NCBI GenBank assembly: GCA_965247095.1
Contig: OZ251997.1
Location: 3,296,001-3,360,000, forward strand
Direction of reading: 5' to 3'
DNA from: Candidatus Multivorans sp.
Lineage (GTDB): Bacteria > Acidobacteriota > Thermoanaerobaculia > Multivoradales > Multivoraceae
DNA: 64,000 nt
The notes under the pieces are model-generated. The model worked only from the letters and a program-made list of their open reading frames with translations. It did not search any database and had not been told where the DNA came from. Below, one piece after another: positions 1 through 10,798 of the stretch (within the stretch, counting starts at the first letter, position 1; every line of letters starts with the position of its first letter). The position numbers and the translations under genes were made by a program.

Positions 1-1157
1 TCCTCTTCTACGGCCACTACGACGTGCAGCCGGTGGACCCAGTGAACGAGTGGCGCAACGATCCCTTCGAGCCGACCATCGAAACCGGAGAGCGCGGCGA
101 GCAGATCGTGGCCCGCGGCGCCACGGACGACAAGGGCCAGTCCTTCACCCACATCAAGGCGGTCGAGGCGCTGATGGCGGAGACCGGCAGCTTGCCGGTC
201 AACGTGAAGTTCCTGATCGAGGGCGAGGAGGAGTCTGGCGGCGAGGCGATCGAAGCGTACGTCCGGAGTCCGGCGGCCGAGCGGCTCGCCTGCGATCTGG
301 CCGTGGTCTCGGACACCTCTATGTACGGACCAGGACAGCCGTCCGTTCTGTACGGCCTGAAGGGACTGCTCTACACCGAGGTCAGGGTCAGTGGGGCGGC
401 GCGGGACCTGCACTCCGGCACCTTTGGCGGCGCGGTGGCGAATCCGCTGAATGCCCTGGCGACCATGCTGGCGGCGCTGCGCGACCCGGAGAACGGACAG
501 GTGCTGATCCCCGGCTTCTACGACGACGTGCGGCCTCTGAGGTCCGAAGAACGTTCCGCATTCGCTGCGCTGCCGTTCGATGAGGCGAAGTACGGCGACG
601 AAATCGGCGCCAGCGCCCTGTGGGGCGAGGCCGGCTACACGACCCTGGAGAGGGTCTGGGCCCGACCGACCTGCGACGTGAACGGGATCTGGGGCGGCTA
701 CCAGGGTCCGGGCGCCAAGACAGTGATCGCCAACCGCGCCGGCGCCAAGGTCTCCATGCGCCTGGTTCCCGACCAGGAACCGGAACGCCTCTTCGGCGCC
801 TTCGCGGAGTACATGCGTTCGTTGGCGCCGCCGGGCATCGAGGTCGAGGTCGAGACCCTGAACGGGGCGCCGCCGGTGCTCGTCGACCTTGAAGGTCCGC
901 TCGTCGATGCGGCTATCGAGGGCGTGCGGGAGGCCTGGGGCCGCGCTCCGGTGCGGGTTCGGGAGGGCGGTTCGATTCCCATCGTCTCGACGCTGTCGGA
1001 GGTGCTGGGGGCGCCGGTGCTGCTGATCGGGTTCGGCCTCTCGGACGACCGGCTGCACGCGCCGAACGAGAAGATGGACCTGGGCAACTTCTACCAGGGC
1101 ATTCGCACCGTGGTCCGGGTCCTCGATCGCCTGGGTGCGGTCCGTCCCGGCGCTTGA
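1..1157 (+). CDS. M20/ArgE-family dipeptidase (5' end outside window)
   Basis: Frame open from the window edge (LFYGHYDVQP). Motifs ARGATDDKGQ, IEGEEESG, DLHSG, GGSIP and LHAPNEK. Confidence 0.9.
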   Translation, partial: LFYGHYDVQPVDPVNEWRNDPFEPTIETGERGEQIVARGATDDKGQSFTHIKAVEALMAETGSLPVNVKFLIEGEEESGGEAIEAYVRSPAAERLACDLAVVSDTSMYGPGQPSVLYGLKGLLYTEVRVSGAARDLHSGTFGGAVANPLNALATMLAALRDPENGQVLIPGFYDDVRPLRSEERSAFAALPFDEAKYGDEIGASALWGEAGYTTLERVWARPTCDVNGIWGGYQGPGAKTVIANRAGAKVSMRLVPDQEPERLFGAFAEYMRSLAPPGIEVEVETLNGAPPVLVDLEGPLVDAAIEGVREAWGRAPVRVREGGSIPIVSTLSEVLGAPVLLIGFGLSDDRLHAPNEKMDLGNFYQGIRTVVRVLDRLGAVRPGA

Positions 1158-1762
1158 AGGAACGCGAGATCAAGATCCCGGTGGCCGACCTGGACGCTGT
1201 CCGGGATCGGTTGCTTGCGGTGGGCGCCGACCTCCACCGCCCTGCCTCCTTCGAGGCGAACCTCGTGTTCGACCTGGTTGACGCGCCGGTGGAGCAACGT
1301 CTGCGCTCCCGCCGCGAGCTGCTGCGCCTGCGCTCCGACGGCGCCGGCAGCCGGCTGACCTTCAAGTCGGCCCCGCGCTTCGTGGGCAGCGTGAAGGAAC
1401 GGCTGGAGCACGAGTTCTCGGTCGACGACCCGGCAGCCGCGCGGCTGCTGCTGGAATCCTTGGGGTTCGGGGTCGCCGTGCGGTACGAGAAGGTCCGCGA
1501 GACGTGGCGACTGCTTGGCTGCGAGGTCTCGCTCGACCGCACTCCCATGGGCGACTTCGTGGAGGTGGAGGAGCTGGACGAGGATCTACCGCCGGACCGG
1601 ATCGCGGAAGTCGGCCGGCGCTGCGGACTCGATGTCGAGGGTTCGGTGCCGGAGGACTACCAGGCGCTCTACCGGACCTACCGGAGGGATCGGCCGGATC
1701 TGCCGCGCGACATGGTCTTTGCGCAGCGCCCGGTCCCGGATCCGGACGGCGGGACAGGGTAG
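1154..1762 (+). CDS. CYTH-domain protein (class IV adenylate cyclase/triphosphatase-like)
   Basis: N-terminal ExExK (EREIK), LLRLR, LTFK, YEKVRETW, LDRTPMGDFVEVE. Start overlaps the upstream stop. Confidence 0.85.
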   Translation: MKEREIKIPVADLDAVRDRLLAVGADLHRPASFEANLVFDLVDAPVEQRLRSRRELLRLRSDGAGSRLTFKSAPRFVGSVKERLEHEFSVDDPAAARLLLESLGFGVAVRYEKVRETWRLLGCEVSLDRTPMGDFVEVEELDEDLPPDRIAEVGRRCGLDVEGSVPEDYQALYRTYRRDRPDLPRDMVFAQRPVPDPDGGTG

Positions 1763-2850
1763 TGCGCCGCGAGAGCCGGCGGGTGCGGGCGCTCGTGCTC
1801 TGCGCCGGACGGGGCGAACGGCTGCGGCCGCTGACCAGCTTGCTGGCCAAACCGCTGCTGCCGGTAGCCGGCCGGTCGGTGGCGATGCGCACGATCGACA
1901 TCCTCCACCGCGCCGGCTGCGAGACGGCCGTCAACCTGCACCATCTGGCGGGGTCCGTGCGGCGGGAACTGGGGTCGGAAGCCGGTGAACGCGGAATCGA
2001 GCTGACCTTCGCCGTCGAGCCGGACCTGCTGGGGACCCTGGGGGCGGTGGTCAACCTGCGGGACTTCCTGGCCGGGGGCGACGAGATCGTGCTGGTGAAC
2101 GGCGACTCGCTATGCCGCTGGCCGATTCGCGACGCGCTTGCGCGCCATCGCCGGAGCGGCGCCGACGTCACCCTGCAGCTTGGCCGCGAAGAGCCGGACC
2201 AGCGCCTGGGCGGCGGCGTGGAAGTCGATCGCCGGGGACTCGTCACAGGGCTCCGCGACCTGCGGGTCGGTTCGGTTCGCGGCCGCAGGCGAACCTTCCA
2301 GGGCCTGCACGTTCTGTCGCGCCGGGTCCTGGACGAGATTCCGTCTCCCCCGAGTTCGGGCGACATCGTCGAAGGTCTCTACCAGCCCCTCCTCCGGGCA
2401 GGGGCCCGGATCGTTGGCTTCGCCTGCCGTTGCCCCTGGCACGACCTCGGGACACCGGGCCGCTACCTGGACGGAGCGCTCGATTGGGGCCGCACGGCCG
2501 GCGGCCGCAAGCGGCGACGGCGCTTCGTGGCGCCGGGAGTCGTTGTGGAGAGCGGCGCGGCCATCGAACACAGCGTGGTCGAGAGCGACTGCCGCCTTGC
2601 CGCCGGTGCGCTGGTGGAGCGGAGTCTGCTGATGCCCGGAGCTCGGGTCGGCGCGGGGGCCCGACTCCGCGACACGGTCGTGGCGCCCGGGGTTCAGGTG
2701 CCGCCGGGGCTTGACGTCGACGGCCGGCTCGTCACGCCGGCGGACTGGGGCCGCGCCCCGGACACCCGCTCCGAAGAGCGGGACGGGCTCGTCTACACGC
2801 CGCTAGCGCGGCGCAAGCTCCTGGGCCAGAAGAACCTCGCGCAGGGCTAG
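1762..2850 (+). CDS. NDP-sugar pyrophosphorylase-family nucleotidyltransferase with C-terminal hexapeptide (LbH) repeats
   Basis: LCAGRGERLRPLT..AKPLLPV, LGTLGA, NGDS and WHDLGTP. Start moved to GTG 1762, which overlaps the upstream TAG (GTG 1783 is an alternative). Confidence 0.85.
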   Translation: MRRESRRVRALVLCAGRGERLRPLTSLLAKPLLPVAGRSVAMRTIDILHRAGCETAVNLHHLAGSVRRELGSEAGERGIELTFAVEPDLLGTLGAVVNLRDFLAGGDEIVLVNGDSLCRWPIRDALARHRRSGADVTLQLGREEPDQRLGGGVEVDRRGLVTGLRDLRVGSVRGRRRTFQGLHVLSRRVLDEIPSPPSSGDIVEGLYQPLLRAGARIVGFACRCPWHDLGTPGRYLDGALDWGRTAGGRKRRRRFVAPGVVVESGAAIEHSVVESDCRLAAGALVERSLLMPGARVGAGARLRDTVVAPGVQVPPGLDVDGRLVTPADWGRAPDTRSEERDGLVYTPLARRKLLGQKNLAQG

Positions 2851-4143
2851 ATCGTCCGCCGGAATCTCGACGATCCGCTCGGGCAGGTCCGCGCAACGCT
2901 CCAGCGCCGGCGGCACGGGCGGCTCGATGCCGACGGCGTCGTGGATCACGTCGGCGAACTTCGCCGGGTGTGCCGTCGCCAGGACGACGCCCGTGCCGCC
3001 GCCCTGGGCTTCGAGTTCGTCCTTCAGGCCGAGGTAGCCGACCGCGGTGTGGGGGTCCAGCAGGTAGCCGCGGCTCTCGTGCACGTCGCGCATCGCCCGC
3101 CGCGTGGCCCGGTCGTCGAAGGAGCGGCCCGCCAGGTCGCGGCGGAGGTCACCCAGGGGATCGGCCCGGTCCGAGTACAGGTGCCGTATGCGGGCGAAGT
3201 TGCTCGGATCGCCCACGTCCATCGCGTTCGAGATCGTGGCGGCGGAGGCGCGCGGCAGGTATTCACCGCTCTGAAGGTAGGCGGGCACGACATCGTTGAC
3301 GTTGGTGGCCGCGACGAAGCGGGAGACGGGGAGGCCGATCCGCTTGGCGATCAGGCCGGCGGTCAGGTTGCCGAAGTTGCCGCTCGGGGTCGAGAAGACG
3401 AGAGGCGAGTCGCCGTCGCCGAGCGGCGCCGACGGAAGCTGCGCCCAGGCGTGGAAGTAGTAGAAGACCTGGGGCAGGAGGCGGCCGATGTTGATCGAGT
3501 TGGCGGACGCGAGAGGCCGTTGCCGGCGCAGTTCGCGGTCGGCGAACGCGGCCCGGGCGAGGCGCTGGCAGTCGTCGAAGGCGCCCGCGACGGCGACCGC
3601 GGCCACGTTGCCGCCCAGGGTCGTGAACAGGCGCCGCTGCGCCTCGGTGACGAGTCCCTGCGGGTAGAGCACGCAGACCCGGAAACCGGCCACCCCGCTG
3701 AACGCGTGGGCCACGGCGCTGCCGGTGTCGCCGCTGGTTGCCACGAGCACCGTGGTCTCCGTCCGTGCGGTGTCGGTCGCGAACCGGGACATCAGGCGGG
3801 CCATGACCCGGGCCGCTATGTCCTTGAACGCCAGTGTCGGTCCGTGGAACAGCTCCAGGCAGTGGAGGCCCGGCTCGATCTGACGTAGGGGGATCGGGAA
3901 GTCGAGGGCGTCCTCGAGCAGCGCGGCGAGTTCGTCTTCCGGGACTTCCGAGCCGAACAGTCGGCGGCCGAGGACGCTCGAGATGCCGGTCAGGGGCAAC
4001 AGCCCCAGCAAGGCCAACTCCTCGGCTGTTAGTGGCGCCAGGCGCTCGGGAACAAACAGGCCGCCGTCGGGCGCCGGCCCTTCGAGCAGCGCCTCGCTCA
4101 GGGTCGCCGCCGGCGCCTCGCCGGCGGTGCTGACGAACCGCAC
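2803..4143 (-). CDS. thrC: threonine synthase
   Basis: APDGGLFVP, ELFHGPTLAFKD (PLP lysine), ATSGDTG, ANSINIGRL, PSGNFGN and TAHPAKF. Confidence 0.95.
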   Translation of the reverse strand: MRFVSTAGEAPAATLSEALLEGPAPDGGLFVPERLAPLTAEELALLGLLPLTGISSVLGRRLFGSEVPEDELAALLEDALDFPIPLRQIEPGLHCLELFHGPTLAFKDIAARVMARLMSRFATDTARTETTVLVATSGDTGSAVAHAFSGVAGFRVCVLYPQGLVTEAQRRLFTTLGGNVAAVAVAGAFDDCQRLARAAFADRELRRQRPLASANSINIGRLLPQVFYYFHAWAQLPSAPLGDGDSPLVFSTPSGNFGNLTAGLIAKRIGLPVSRFVAATNVNDVVPAYLQSGEYLPRASAATISNAMDVGDPSNFARIRHLYSDRADPLGDLRRDLAGRSFDDRATRRAMRDVHESRGYLLDPHTAVGYLGLKDELEAQGGGTGVVLATAHPAKFADVIHDAVGIEPPVPPALERCADLPERIVEIPADDLALREVLLAQELAPR

Positions 4144-4144
4144 G

Positions 4145-5161
4145 TCAGCCCTCGTCCGTTGGCGCGCCGCCGCCGTCGATCACCCGCGCTCCCGGCGCCG
4201 GCAACGTGGAAACGAGTTGATCGCAGTCGACACCCGCCGCGTCTTCGAGCGCCGCCGCCATGGCCGCCGCCACCTGCCCGGCGCGGTCCGGGCCGTCGCA
4301 CAGGGCGAACAGGGCCGGCCCGCTGCCCGACAGGCTGCAGCCCAGAGCGCCGGCCTCGATTGCGGCCGCCTTGGCGGCGTGGAATCCGGGCACGCTGGGT
4401 GCGCGCACGGGCTCGGCCACGACGTCGACCAGGGCTCGTGACAGCAGTTCAAGGTCGGCGCGGTAGAGCGCGGCCACCAGGGCCGCGGCGTTGCCCCACT
4501 GGGTCACCGCGCGCTCAAGCGGCAGATGGCGGTCGAGGCTGGCCCGGGACTCGCGCGTGTTCACTTTGGCGTGGGGGCGAACCAGGGCACAGGTCAGGCC
4601 CTCGGGCACCGGCAGTTCGATCACGTCCGGCGCCGGTTCGAGCGAACGGACCAGAACCAGGCCGCCAAGCAGAGATGGGGCCAGGTTGTCGGCGTGGGCG
4701 CCGCCGCTGGCCAGTATCTCCCCGGCCAGCGCGTACCGCAGCAGGGCCGCCGGCGGCAGGTCGAGGCCTAGCAGCGCATCGACCGCGACGACCGCCGCCA
4801 CCGCGCTGGCGGCGCTCGAGCCGAGGCCGCTTTCAAGCGGCATGCGCTTCTCGATCTCCAGGTCGACGGCCGCATCGGGCGCCTCCGCCTGAAGCAGCGC
4901 TCCGGCCGCCACGGCCGCGGTGTTGCGGTCCGCGGCGAGCGACAGCCGGCCGCCGTCGCCGGCAATTGCCGTGATCGTGACCGGGCCGCACACTCCGGCG
5001 CCGGCGTCCCGCCCACGTTCGGTAGCCGTGACCAAGTCACCCGGGCCGGGTGACGCGCCGCCGGCGTCGCCGTCAGATTGCAGGGCGAAGCCCAGGATGT
5101 CGAAACCGCAGGCGATGTTGGAGACCGACGCCGGGGCGAAGGCTCTCGCCGAGCGGTTCAT
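4145..5161 (-). CDS. thrB: homoserine kinase
   Basis: Start MNRSARAFAPAS at 5161 overlaps the asd stop. GHMP motif PLESGLGSSAAS, plus HADN and LSGSGP. Confidence 0.93.
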   Translation of the reverse strand: MNRSARAFAPASVSNIACGFDILGFALQSDGDAGGASPGPGDLVTATERGRDAGAGVCGPVTITAIAGDGGRLSLAADRNTAAVAAGALLQAEAPDAAVDLEIEKRMPLESGLGSSAASAVAAVVAVDALLGLDLPPAALLRYALAGEILASGGAHADNLAPSLLGGLVLVRSLEPAPDVIELPVPEGLTCALVRPHAKVNTRESRASLDRHLPLERAVTQWGNAAALVAALYRADLELLSRALVDVVAEPVRAPSVPGFHAAKAAAIEAGALGCSLSGSGPALFALCDGPDRAGQVAAAMAAALEDAAGVDCDQLVSTLPAPGARVIDGGGAPTDEG

Positions 5162-6243
5162 TGGCCGCCGCGCCGGGCGCACCGGGCGACGGCGAGTTCC
5201 GCGACCAGCAGCGCGCCGCCCGCGGCGCCCCGCAGGGTGTTGTGCGACAGGGCGACGAAGCGGAAGTCGAGCACCGGGCACTCGCGCAACCGGCCGATCG
5301 AGACCGTCATGCCCTTCCCCAGGTCGCGGTGGATCCGTGCCTGGGGCGGTTCGTCGTCGCCAAGGTACATCGTCGGCAGCTCCGGCGCCGAAGGCAGGCC
5401 GAACTCCTGCGGCTCGGCGCGAAAGGCCCGCCATGCCTCCCGCACATCGTCCAGTTCGGGGTCGCTCTTCAGGCTGACCGAGACGCAGAGGGTGTGGCCG
5501 TCGACGACGGGGACGCGGTTGCACTGGGCCGAGACCACGACCTCGGCCGGATCGATGGCGCCGTCGGCGAGCCGGCCCAGGATCTTCCCGGTCTCCATCT
5601 CGAGCTTCTCCTCCTCGCCGGAGATCCAGGGAATCACGTTGTCCATGATCTGGTAGCTCGAGATTCCGGGCAGACCCGCGCCGGAGACCGCCTGCAGGGT
5701 GACCACACAGAGGCGGTCGATGCCGAAGGCGTCGTGCAAGGGCTTGAGCGCCAGCACCAGGCCGATCGTCGAGCAGTTGGGGTTGGCGACGATGCCGGTG
5801 GGGAGCAGGGCGCCCTCCGCGGGCGGCGCCAGCAGGTCGAGGTGATCCGGGTTGACCTCGGGCACCAGCAGCGGGACACCTTTGTCCATGCGGTGGGCGC
5901 TGGCGTTCGTCACCACCAGGCAGCGCTCCGCGAACCCGGGTTCGACTTCCCGGGCCACGCCGGAGTCCAGGGCGGAGAAGACCAGATCGAAGTCGCCGCC
6001 GTCGAGTTCGTCGCAGGTCTGCACGGTCATCGCGGCGATCCGTTCGTCGAGCGGCCGGGTTTGGATCCAGGTCACCGCGCCGCGATAGCTCTTCCCGGCC
6101 GACCGCTCGGAGGCGGCCAGGGCCACGATCTCGAACCACGGATGCCCGGCCAGCAGGGTGACGAAGCGCTGGCCCACGGCGCCGGTCGCGCCCAGGACGG
6201 CGGTGCGCAGGGGTTTGCCTAGGCTCAGGTTATCGAGATTCAT
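5158..6243 (-). CDS. asd: aspartate-semialdehyde dehydrogenase
   Basis: GATGAVGQRF, VPEVN, ANPNCST (catalytic Cys), QAVSGAG, RVPVVDGH and HNTLRGAAG. Confidence 0.95.
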   Translation of the reverse strand: MNLDNLSLGKPLRTAVLGATGAVGQRFVTLLAGHPWFEIVALAASERSAGKSYRGAVTWIQTRPLDERIAAMTVQTCDELDGGDFDLVFSALDSGVAREVEPGFAERCLVVTNASAHRMDKGVPLLVPEVNPDHLDLLAPPAEGALLPTGIVANPNCSTIGLVLALKPLHDAFGIDRLCVVTLQAVSGAGLPGISSYQIMDNVIPWISGEEEKLEMETGKILGRLADGAIDPAEVVVSAQCNRVPVVDGHTLCVSVSLKSDPELDDVREAWRAFRAEPQEFGLPSAPELPTMYLGDDEPPQARIHRDLGKGMTVSIGRLRECPVLDFRFVALSHNTLRGAAGGALLVAELAVARCARRGGQ

Positions 6244-6268
6244 GACGGGACTCCCAGGTTGGGGACGC

Positions 6269-8812
6269 TCATGGGGCGGATCCCCGCTCGGCCCAGGCGC
6301 GAAGGATGTCGGCGAAGACGCCGCCCGCGGTCAGGTCGGCGCCGGCGCCCGGGCCCTGGACGACCAGGGGGCGTTCCCGGTAGAGCCGGCTGCGGAATAC
6401 GAACATGTTGTCCGAAGCGGGCATCCCCGCTACCGGATGGTCGGAGGGTACGGCTCGCAGTCCGACCCGGGCGGTGGCCGCCCCGCCGGACGTGTCCAGT
6501 TCGGCCAAGTAGGCGAGTTCGAGCCCCGCCGACGCGGCTTCGGCGAAGCGGCCCGCCATCTCGTCGTCGGCTTCCCCCAGCCGCTCCCACCAGGCGTCAA
6601 GCGGCAGGTCGGCGAGGTCTGGGCGGTCGAGCATGGGCTCGACCTCGATGTCGTCCAGGTCGAGATCGCAGCCGCAGATGCGTCCCAGGATCAGCAGTTT
6701 GCGGGCCACGTCCAGGCCGCCGAGATCGTCCCGGGGGTCCGGTTCGGTGTAGCCCAGGCGGTGGGCCTCCCGGACGGCTTTGCTCCACACGCTGCCGGCG
6801 CTCAGCTTCCCGGTCAGGTAGGCGAGCGTGCCCGAGAACACGCCCGAAATCGAGTCGATGCGGTCGCCCGCGCCGAGCAGCATGTCGGCGGTGTGGAGCA
6901 CGGGCAGGCCCGCGCCGACGGTCGCCTCGTGGAAGACGTTCCGTGCGCCCGAGGGGCGGAAGGTGCGAAAGGCCGCGATCGGTCCCGCGAAGGGGAGCTT
7001 GTTCGCGCTGGCGACCGCGGCGCCGGCGGCCAGCGCGCGGTGGTAGACGGCGGCCATGGAACCGTTGGCGGTGACATCGACGAGCACGGTGCGGCCTCCG
7101 CCGGCGGCCGTCTCGCCGAGATGGTCCAGCAGGCGCTCCAGGTCGGCGGCTTCGCCGCTCCGTTCGAGCGCGGACCGCCAGCCGTCGGGATCCCGCGCGG
7201 CGCCGGGGTCGAGACTCTTGCCGTGGCGGGACTGGAGGTGCATGTGACGGGAACTGGCCAGGCCCTTCAACTGCAGGTCGATTCCCCGTTGCACGAGGGA
7301 GTCGCGTTCGGCGTCGAGTTGCTGGAGGAGCGCCGAGCCGACGCCGCCGACGCCGAGGACGTAGATCGCGAGCCGGCCGGAAGCGGAACCATGGAAGAAC
7401 TCCCGGTGGATCCAGCGCACTGCCCGGCCCTCGTCGGCCCGGGCCACGACCATGGAGATGTTGCGCTCGGACGACCCCTGGGCCACCGCCCGCACGTTCA
7501 CCCCGCGCCGGCCGAGGATGCCGAACACGCGTCCGGCGATGCCGGGCCGATCCCGCATTCCGTCGCCGACCACGGCGACGATCGACTGGTCCCGCTCAAC
7601 CCTCAGGGGCCGCACCGATCCGGCCTCGATCTCGGCCTGGAACTCGGCGTCGACCGCCTCCCGCGCCGCCTCGGAGACGCCGGGTTCGACCGCGAAGCAG
7701 ATCGAGTGCTCGCTCGAAGCCTGGGAGATCAGGATCGCGCTCGCGCCGCCGGTGGCCAGGGCGTCGAAGAGGCGGGCTGCGACTCCGGGAGTGCCGACCA
7801 GGTTGTCGCCGACCAGGAGCATCAGGTGGACATTGTCGATCGAGGAGATGCCCGTGACCGCCGTGCCGCGCGCCCGTTCCCTGGCCTTGCCGTCGTCGTC
7901 GACGAGCGTTCCAGGGTGCTCGGGATCGAGGGTGCTGCGGACCAGCAGCGGGATGCCCCGGCGCCGCGCCGGCGTCACGGTCGGCGGATAGACCACCTTG
8001 GCGCCGAAGTGCGAGAGTTCGAGCATCTCTTCGTAGCTCAGCCGCGGGATCGGCAGGGCGTCCTCCACGCGCCGGGGGTCGGCCGTCATGACGCCCGGGA
8101 CGTCGGTCCAGATCTCGATCCGCTCGGCATCGAGCGCGGCGCCCACGAGGGCGGCGGTGAGGTCGGATCCGCTGCGGCCCAGGGTCGTCGTCTCGCCCTC
8201 CGGACTGCTGCCCAGGAAACCGGTGACCACCTGCAGCGGAGCGTCCGGCCCGAGGTTGGCGAAGTGGGAGGCGATCGCCTCCAGGGTCGGGTCCAGATCG
8301 ACGGTCGCGGCTTGGAACGAGCGATCCGTCGACACCAGGGGGCGCGCGTCGCAGGCTTCGGCGGGCAGGCCCTCGGCGCGCAGGGCCGCGGCCAGGAGTT
8401 GCGTCGACAGGAGTTCGCCGTGGCAGACGACCCGGTCGATCAGGGCCCTGCCCGAGCTGCCCTCGTTGTCCGCGCCCGGCGCGCGGTTGCTCACCGCCGC
8501 GGCAAGGTCGTCGCACAGGGCTTCGACCGTGGCCGCGAGCGCCTGCCGATCGTCGTCGGTCGCGACCTGGGCGCCGATCTCCAGATGATGGGCGCGCAGC
8601 GCCGCCGCCTCGCGCGCCGCTTCAGCCCGATCGCCGTCCTCCAGGACGGCAGCGGCCATCCCCAGCAGCCGGTCGGTGACCCCGCCCAGGGCGGACACCA
8701 CCACCGCGCCGTTGGCGGCCGAGCCATCGAGCCGCCGGCGCACGATCCGGGCGGCGGCCTGGAGCCGGTCTGCATCGGCCACAGAGGAGCCGCCGAACTT
8801 GAGGACCTTCAT
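6269..8812 (-). CDS. thrA: bifunctional aspartate kinase/homoserine dehydrogenase
   Basis: [16 protein letters not shown], two ACT domains (QASSE, QGSSE), [26 protein letters not shown] and GPGAG. Confidence 0.95.
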   Translation of the reverse strand: MKVLKFGGSSVADADRLQAAARIVRRRLDGSAANGAVVVSALGGVTDRLLGMAAAVLEDGDRAEAAREAAALRAHHLEIGAQVATDDDRQALAATVEALCDDLAAAVSNRAPGADNEGSSGRALIDRVVCHGELLSTQLLAAALRAEGLPAEACDARPLVSTDRSFQAATVDLDPTLEAIASHFANLGPDAPLQVVTGFLGSSPEGETTTLGRSGSDLTAALVGAALDAERIEIWTDVPGVMTADPRRVEDALPIPRLSYEEMLELSHFGAKVVYPPTVTPARRRGIPLLVRSTLDPEHPGTLVDDDGKARERARGTAVTGISSIDNVHLMLLVGDNLVGTPGVAARLFDALATGGASAILISQASSEHSICFAVEPGVSEAAREAVDAEFQAEIEAGSVRPLRVERDQSIVAVVGDGMRDRPGIAGRVFGILGRRGVNVRAVAQGSSERNISMVVARADEGRAVRWIHREFFHGSASGRLAIYVLGVGGVGSALLQQLDAERDSLVQRGIDLQLKGLASSRHMHLQSRHGKSLDPGAARDPDGWRSALERSGEAADLERLLDHLGETAAGGGRTVLVDVTANGSMAAVYHRALAAGAAVASANKLPFAGPIAAFRTFRPSGARNVFHEATVGAGLPVLHTADMLLGAGDRIDSISGVFSGTLAYLTGKLSAGSVWSKAVREAHRLGYTEPDPRDDLGGLDVARKLLILGRICGCDLDLDDIEVEPMLDRPDLADLPLDAWWERLGEADDEMAGRFAEAASAGLELAYLAELDTSGGAATARVGLRAVPSDHPVAGMPASDNMFVFRSRLYRERPLVVQGPGAGADLTAGGVFADILRAWAERGSAP

Positions 8813-8935
8813 GGTGGGTTACCGGAATACTCACGAGTCGATGAGGGCGCTGGGCCCCGAAGGGCGCAATAGCGTACACGCCGCGACACCTCGGCGCTAC
8901 GTCGCCGCCACGCCGGGCGAGGACGTCGCGCCGGT

Positions 8936-9967
8936 TCAGAACAAGGTGTTGTGAACCGGCAGGCCCAGGTGTTCGTACGCTTGCTTGGTTGCCACGCGTC
9001 CGCGGCGGGTGCGCTGCAGGAATCCCTTCAGGACAAGGTACGGCTCGTAGAAGTCCTCGATCGTCCCCTGGTCCTCGCCGACCGACGCCGCCAGCGCCTT
9101 GAGGCCGGCCGGGCCGCCGTCGTACTGCTCGATCAGCAGTTGCATGATCTTGCGGTCGATCTTGTCCAGGCCGTACTCGTCGACCTCCTGTTGAAGGAGG
9201 GCCCGGTTCGCGGTGGCGCGGTCGATCCGGCCGTCCGCCTCGATCTGCGCGTAGTCGCGCACCCGGCGCAGCAGCCGGTTGGCGATCCGGGGGGTGCCGC
9301 GGCTGCGCCGGGCGATCTCGTCGGCGCCGCCGAGGTCGACCGGCACCTCGAGCAGTTCGGCCGAGCGCTGGATGATCACGCTCAGCACGTCCGGGCTGTA
9401 GAAGTCGAGCCGGTGGACGATGCCGAAGCGCCCCTGCAGCGGCGGCGTGATCAGGCCGGCGCGGGTGGTGGCCCCGACCAGCGTGAAGCGGGGCAGATCG
9501 ATGCGCACCGTCTTGGCCATCGGCCCGGAACCGATCACCAGGTCGAGCTGGAAGTCCTCCAGCGCCGGATAGAGGATCTCCTCGACGGTCGGGCCGAGAC
9601 GGTGGATCTCATCGATGAAGAGGACGTCCCCGGGGTCGAGGTTGGTCAGGATCGCGGCCAGGTCGCCGGCCCGCTCCAGGACCGGACCGGAAGTGGACCG
9701 CAGGACGGCGCCCATCTCGCGGGCGATGATGTGGGCCAGGGTTGTCTTGCCCAACCCGGGGGGGCCGAACAGCAGGACGTGATCCAGGGCCTCGCCCCGG
9801 CGGCGCGCCGCCTGCATGTAGATGTCGAGCAGCTCGACGATCTTCTTCTGGCCCAGGTACTCGGTCAGGCGCTGCGGCCGGAGCGACGGTTCGACGCGGC
9901 GATCGTCCGTATCCTGAGCGGCCGAGAGGACGTTGCGCTCATCGTCGGTGCCGCCTGTGTCGGCCAT
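8936..9967 (-). CDS. ruvB: Holliday junction branch migration helicase RuvB
   Basis: [32 protein letters not shown] and [14 protein letters not shown]. Confidence 0.97.
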   Translation of the reverse strand: MADTGGTDDERNVLSAAQDTDDRRVEPSLRPQRLTEYLGQKKIVELLDIYMQAARRRGEALDHVLLFGPPGLGKTTLAHIIAREMGAVLRSTSGPVLERAGDLAAILTNLDPGDVLFIDEIHRLGPTVEEILYPALEDFQLDLVIGSGPMAKTVRIDLPRFTLVGATTRAGLITPPLQGRFGIVHRLDFYSPDVLSVIIQRSAELLEVPVDLGGADEIARRSRGTPRIANRLLRRVRDYAQIEADGRIDRATANRALLQQEVDEYGLDKIDRKIMQLLIEQYDGGPAGLKALAASVGEDQGTIEDFYEPYLVLKGFLQRTRRGRVATKQAYEHLGLPVHNTLF

Positions 9968-10027
9968 GGCGCGGATGCTATCGCGGCCCTAGGAGCTTGC
10001 GCGGTAGAACGATCTGACCTGGGAACC

Positions 10028-10130
10028 CGTGTGGCGCGACCCGCGCCACACGCGAACCACTCCGTGCGCCCGTCATCGGGCGCACGGATGGCACGCGGGC
10101 ATCCTGCCCGCATCCGGCGCGAAGCGCCGG
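10028..10130. repeat. cluster of four perfect inverted repeats (REP/BIME-like)
   Basis: Stems: CGTGTGGCGCG (10028-10052), TCCGTGCGCCCG (10061-10088), GCGGGCA (10095-10111) and CCGGCGC-GAA-GCGCCGG (10114-10130). Confidence 0.75.
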
Positions 10131-10157
10131 TCTCCGGGAGTTCTGCCGCGCACGCTG

Positions 10158-10775
10158 CTACAGGCGGGAGAGCCGGCGGAGGCTCAGGCGCAGAAGCTCC
10201 TGGAACTCGATGTCGGGGTGCTCGTGGAGCACCCTGGAGACGGCGCGCTGGGCTTCGTTCGAGCGGTAGCCGAGGTTGAGCAGGGCGCCGACGATCTGCT
10301 CCTGGTCGTCCTCCAGCTCCTGCTCCGGTTGTGGGGGCGGTGGTTCGCCGCCGGACTCGGACAGCAGCTTCTTCGCCTTTTCCTTCAACTCCAGGACCAT
10401 TCGCTCGGCGGTCTTGCGGCCGATACCCGGGATCCGGGTCAGAGTGGCGACGTTGGCGCCGGCGATGGCCGTCAGCAGGTCGGCGGTCGAACCGCCGGAG
10501 AGAACGACCTGGGCCAGCCGGGGTCCGACGCCGCTGACGCCGAGACAGTGTTCGAACAGGGTCCGCTCCGCCTCGCTCCAGAAGCCGAACAGTTCGATCG
10601 CGTCGGCGCGAACGTGCGTGTGGATGTGCAGACCGAACTCGACGTCGGCCTCGAGCCTGTCCAGCTCGTAGTAGGTCGACAGCGGGATGCGGACCGAGTA
10701 CCCGACGCCGCCTACGTCGAGAACCAGGAGTTCGGGCCCCAGGGCCTGACGACGCCCGCGCAGATAGCCGATCAA
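10158..10775 (-). CDS. ruvA: Holliday junction DNA-binding protein RuvA
   Basis: TTG start gives MIGYLRG. Motifs GGVGY, ELFGF, HhH (GVSGVGPRLA, IPGIGRKTAERM) and ALLNLGY. Confidence 0.93.
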   Translation of the reverse strand: MIGYLRGRRQALGPELLVLDVGGVGYSVRIPLSTYYELDRLEADVEFGLHIHTHVRADAIELFGFWSEAERTLFEHCLGVSGVGPRLAQVVLSGGSTADLLTAIAGANVATLTRIPGIGRKTAERMVLELKEKAKKLLSESGGEPPPPQPEQELEDDQEQIVGALLNLGYRSNEAQRAVSRVLHEHPDIEFQELLRLSLRRLSRL

Positions 10776-10798
10776 AGCGGGGGCGGCGCTCGCGGCGG

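Noticed and set aside
4145-6139. 664-aa extended ThrB (and similarly extended RuvA, Rng, Acs and SufB in the ORF track)
   Set aside because: The extensions overlap upstream genes in another frame and are Arg/Pro/Gly-rich noise. Conserved N-termini start at internal codons.
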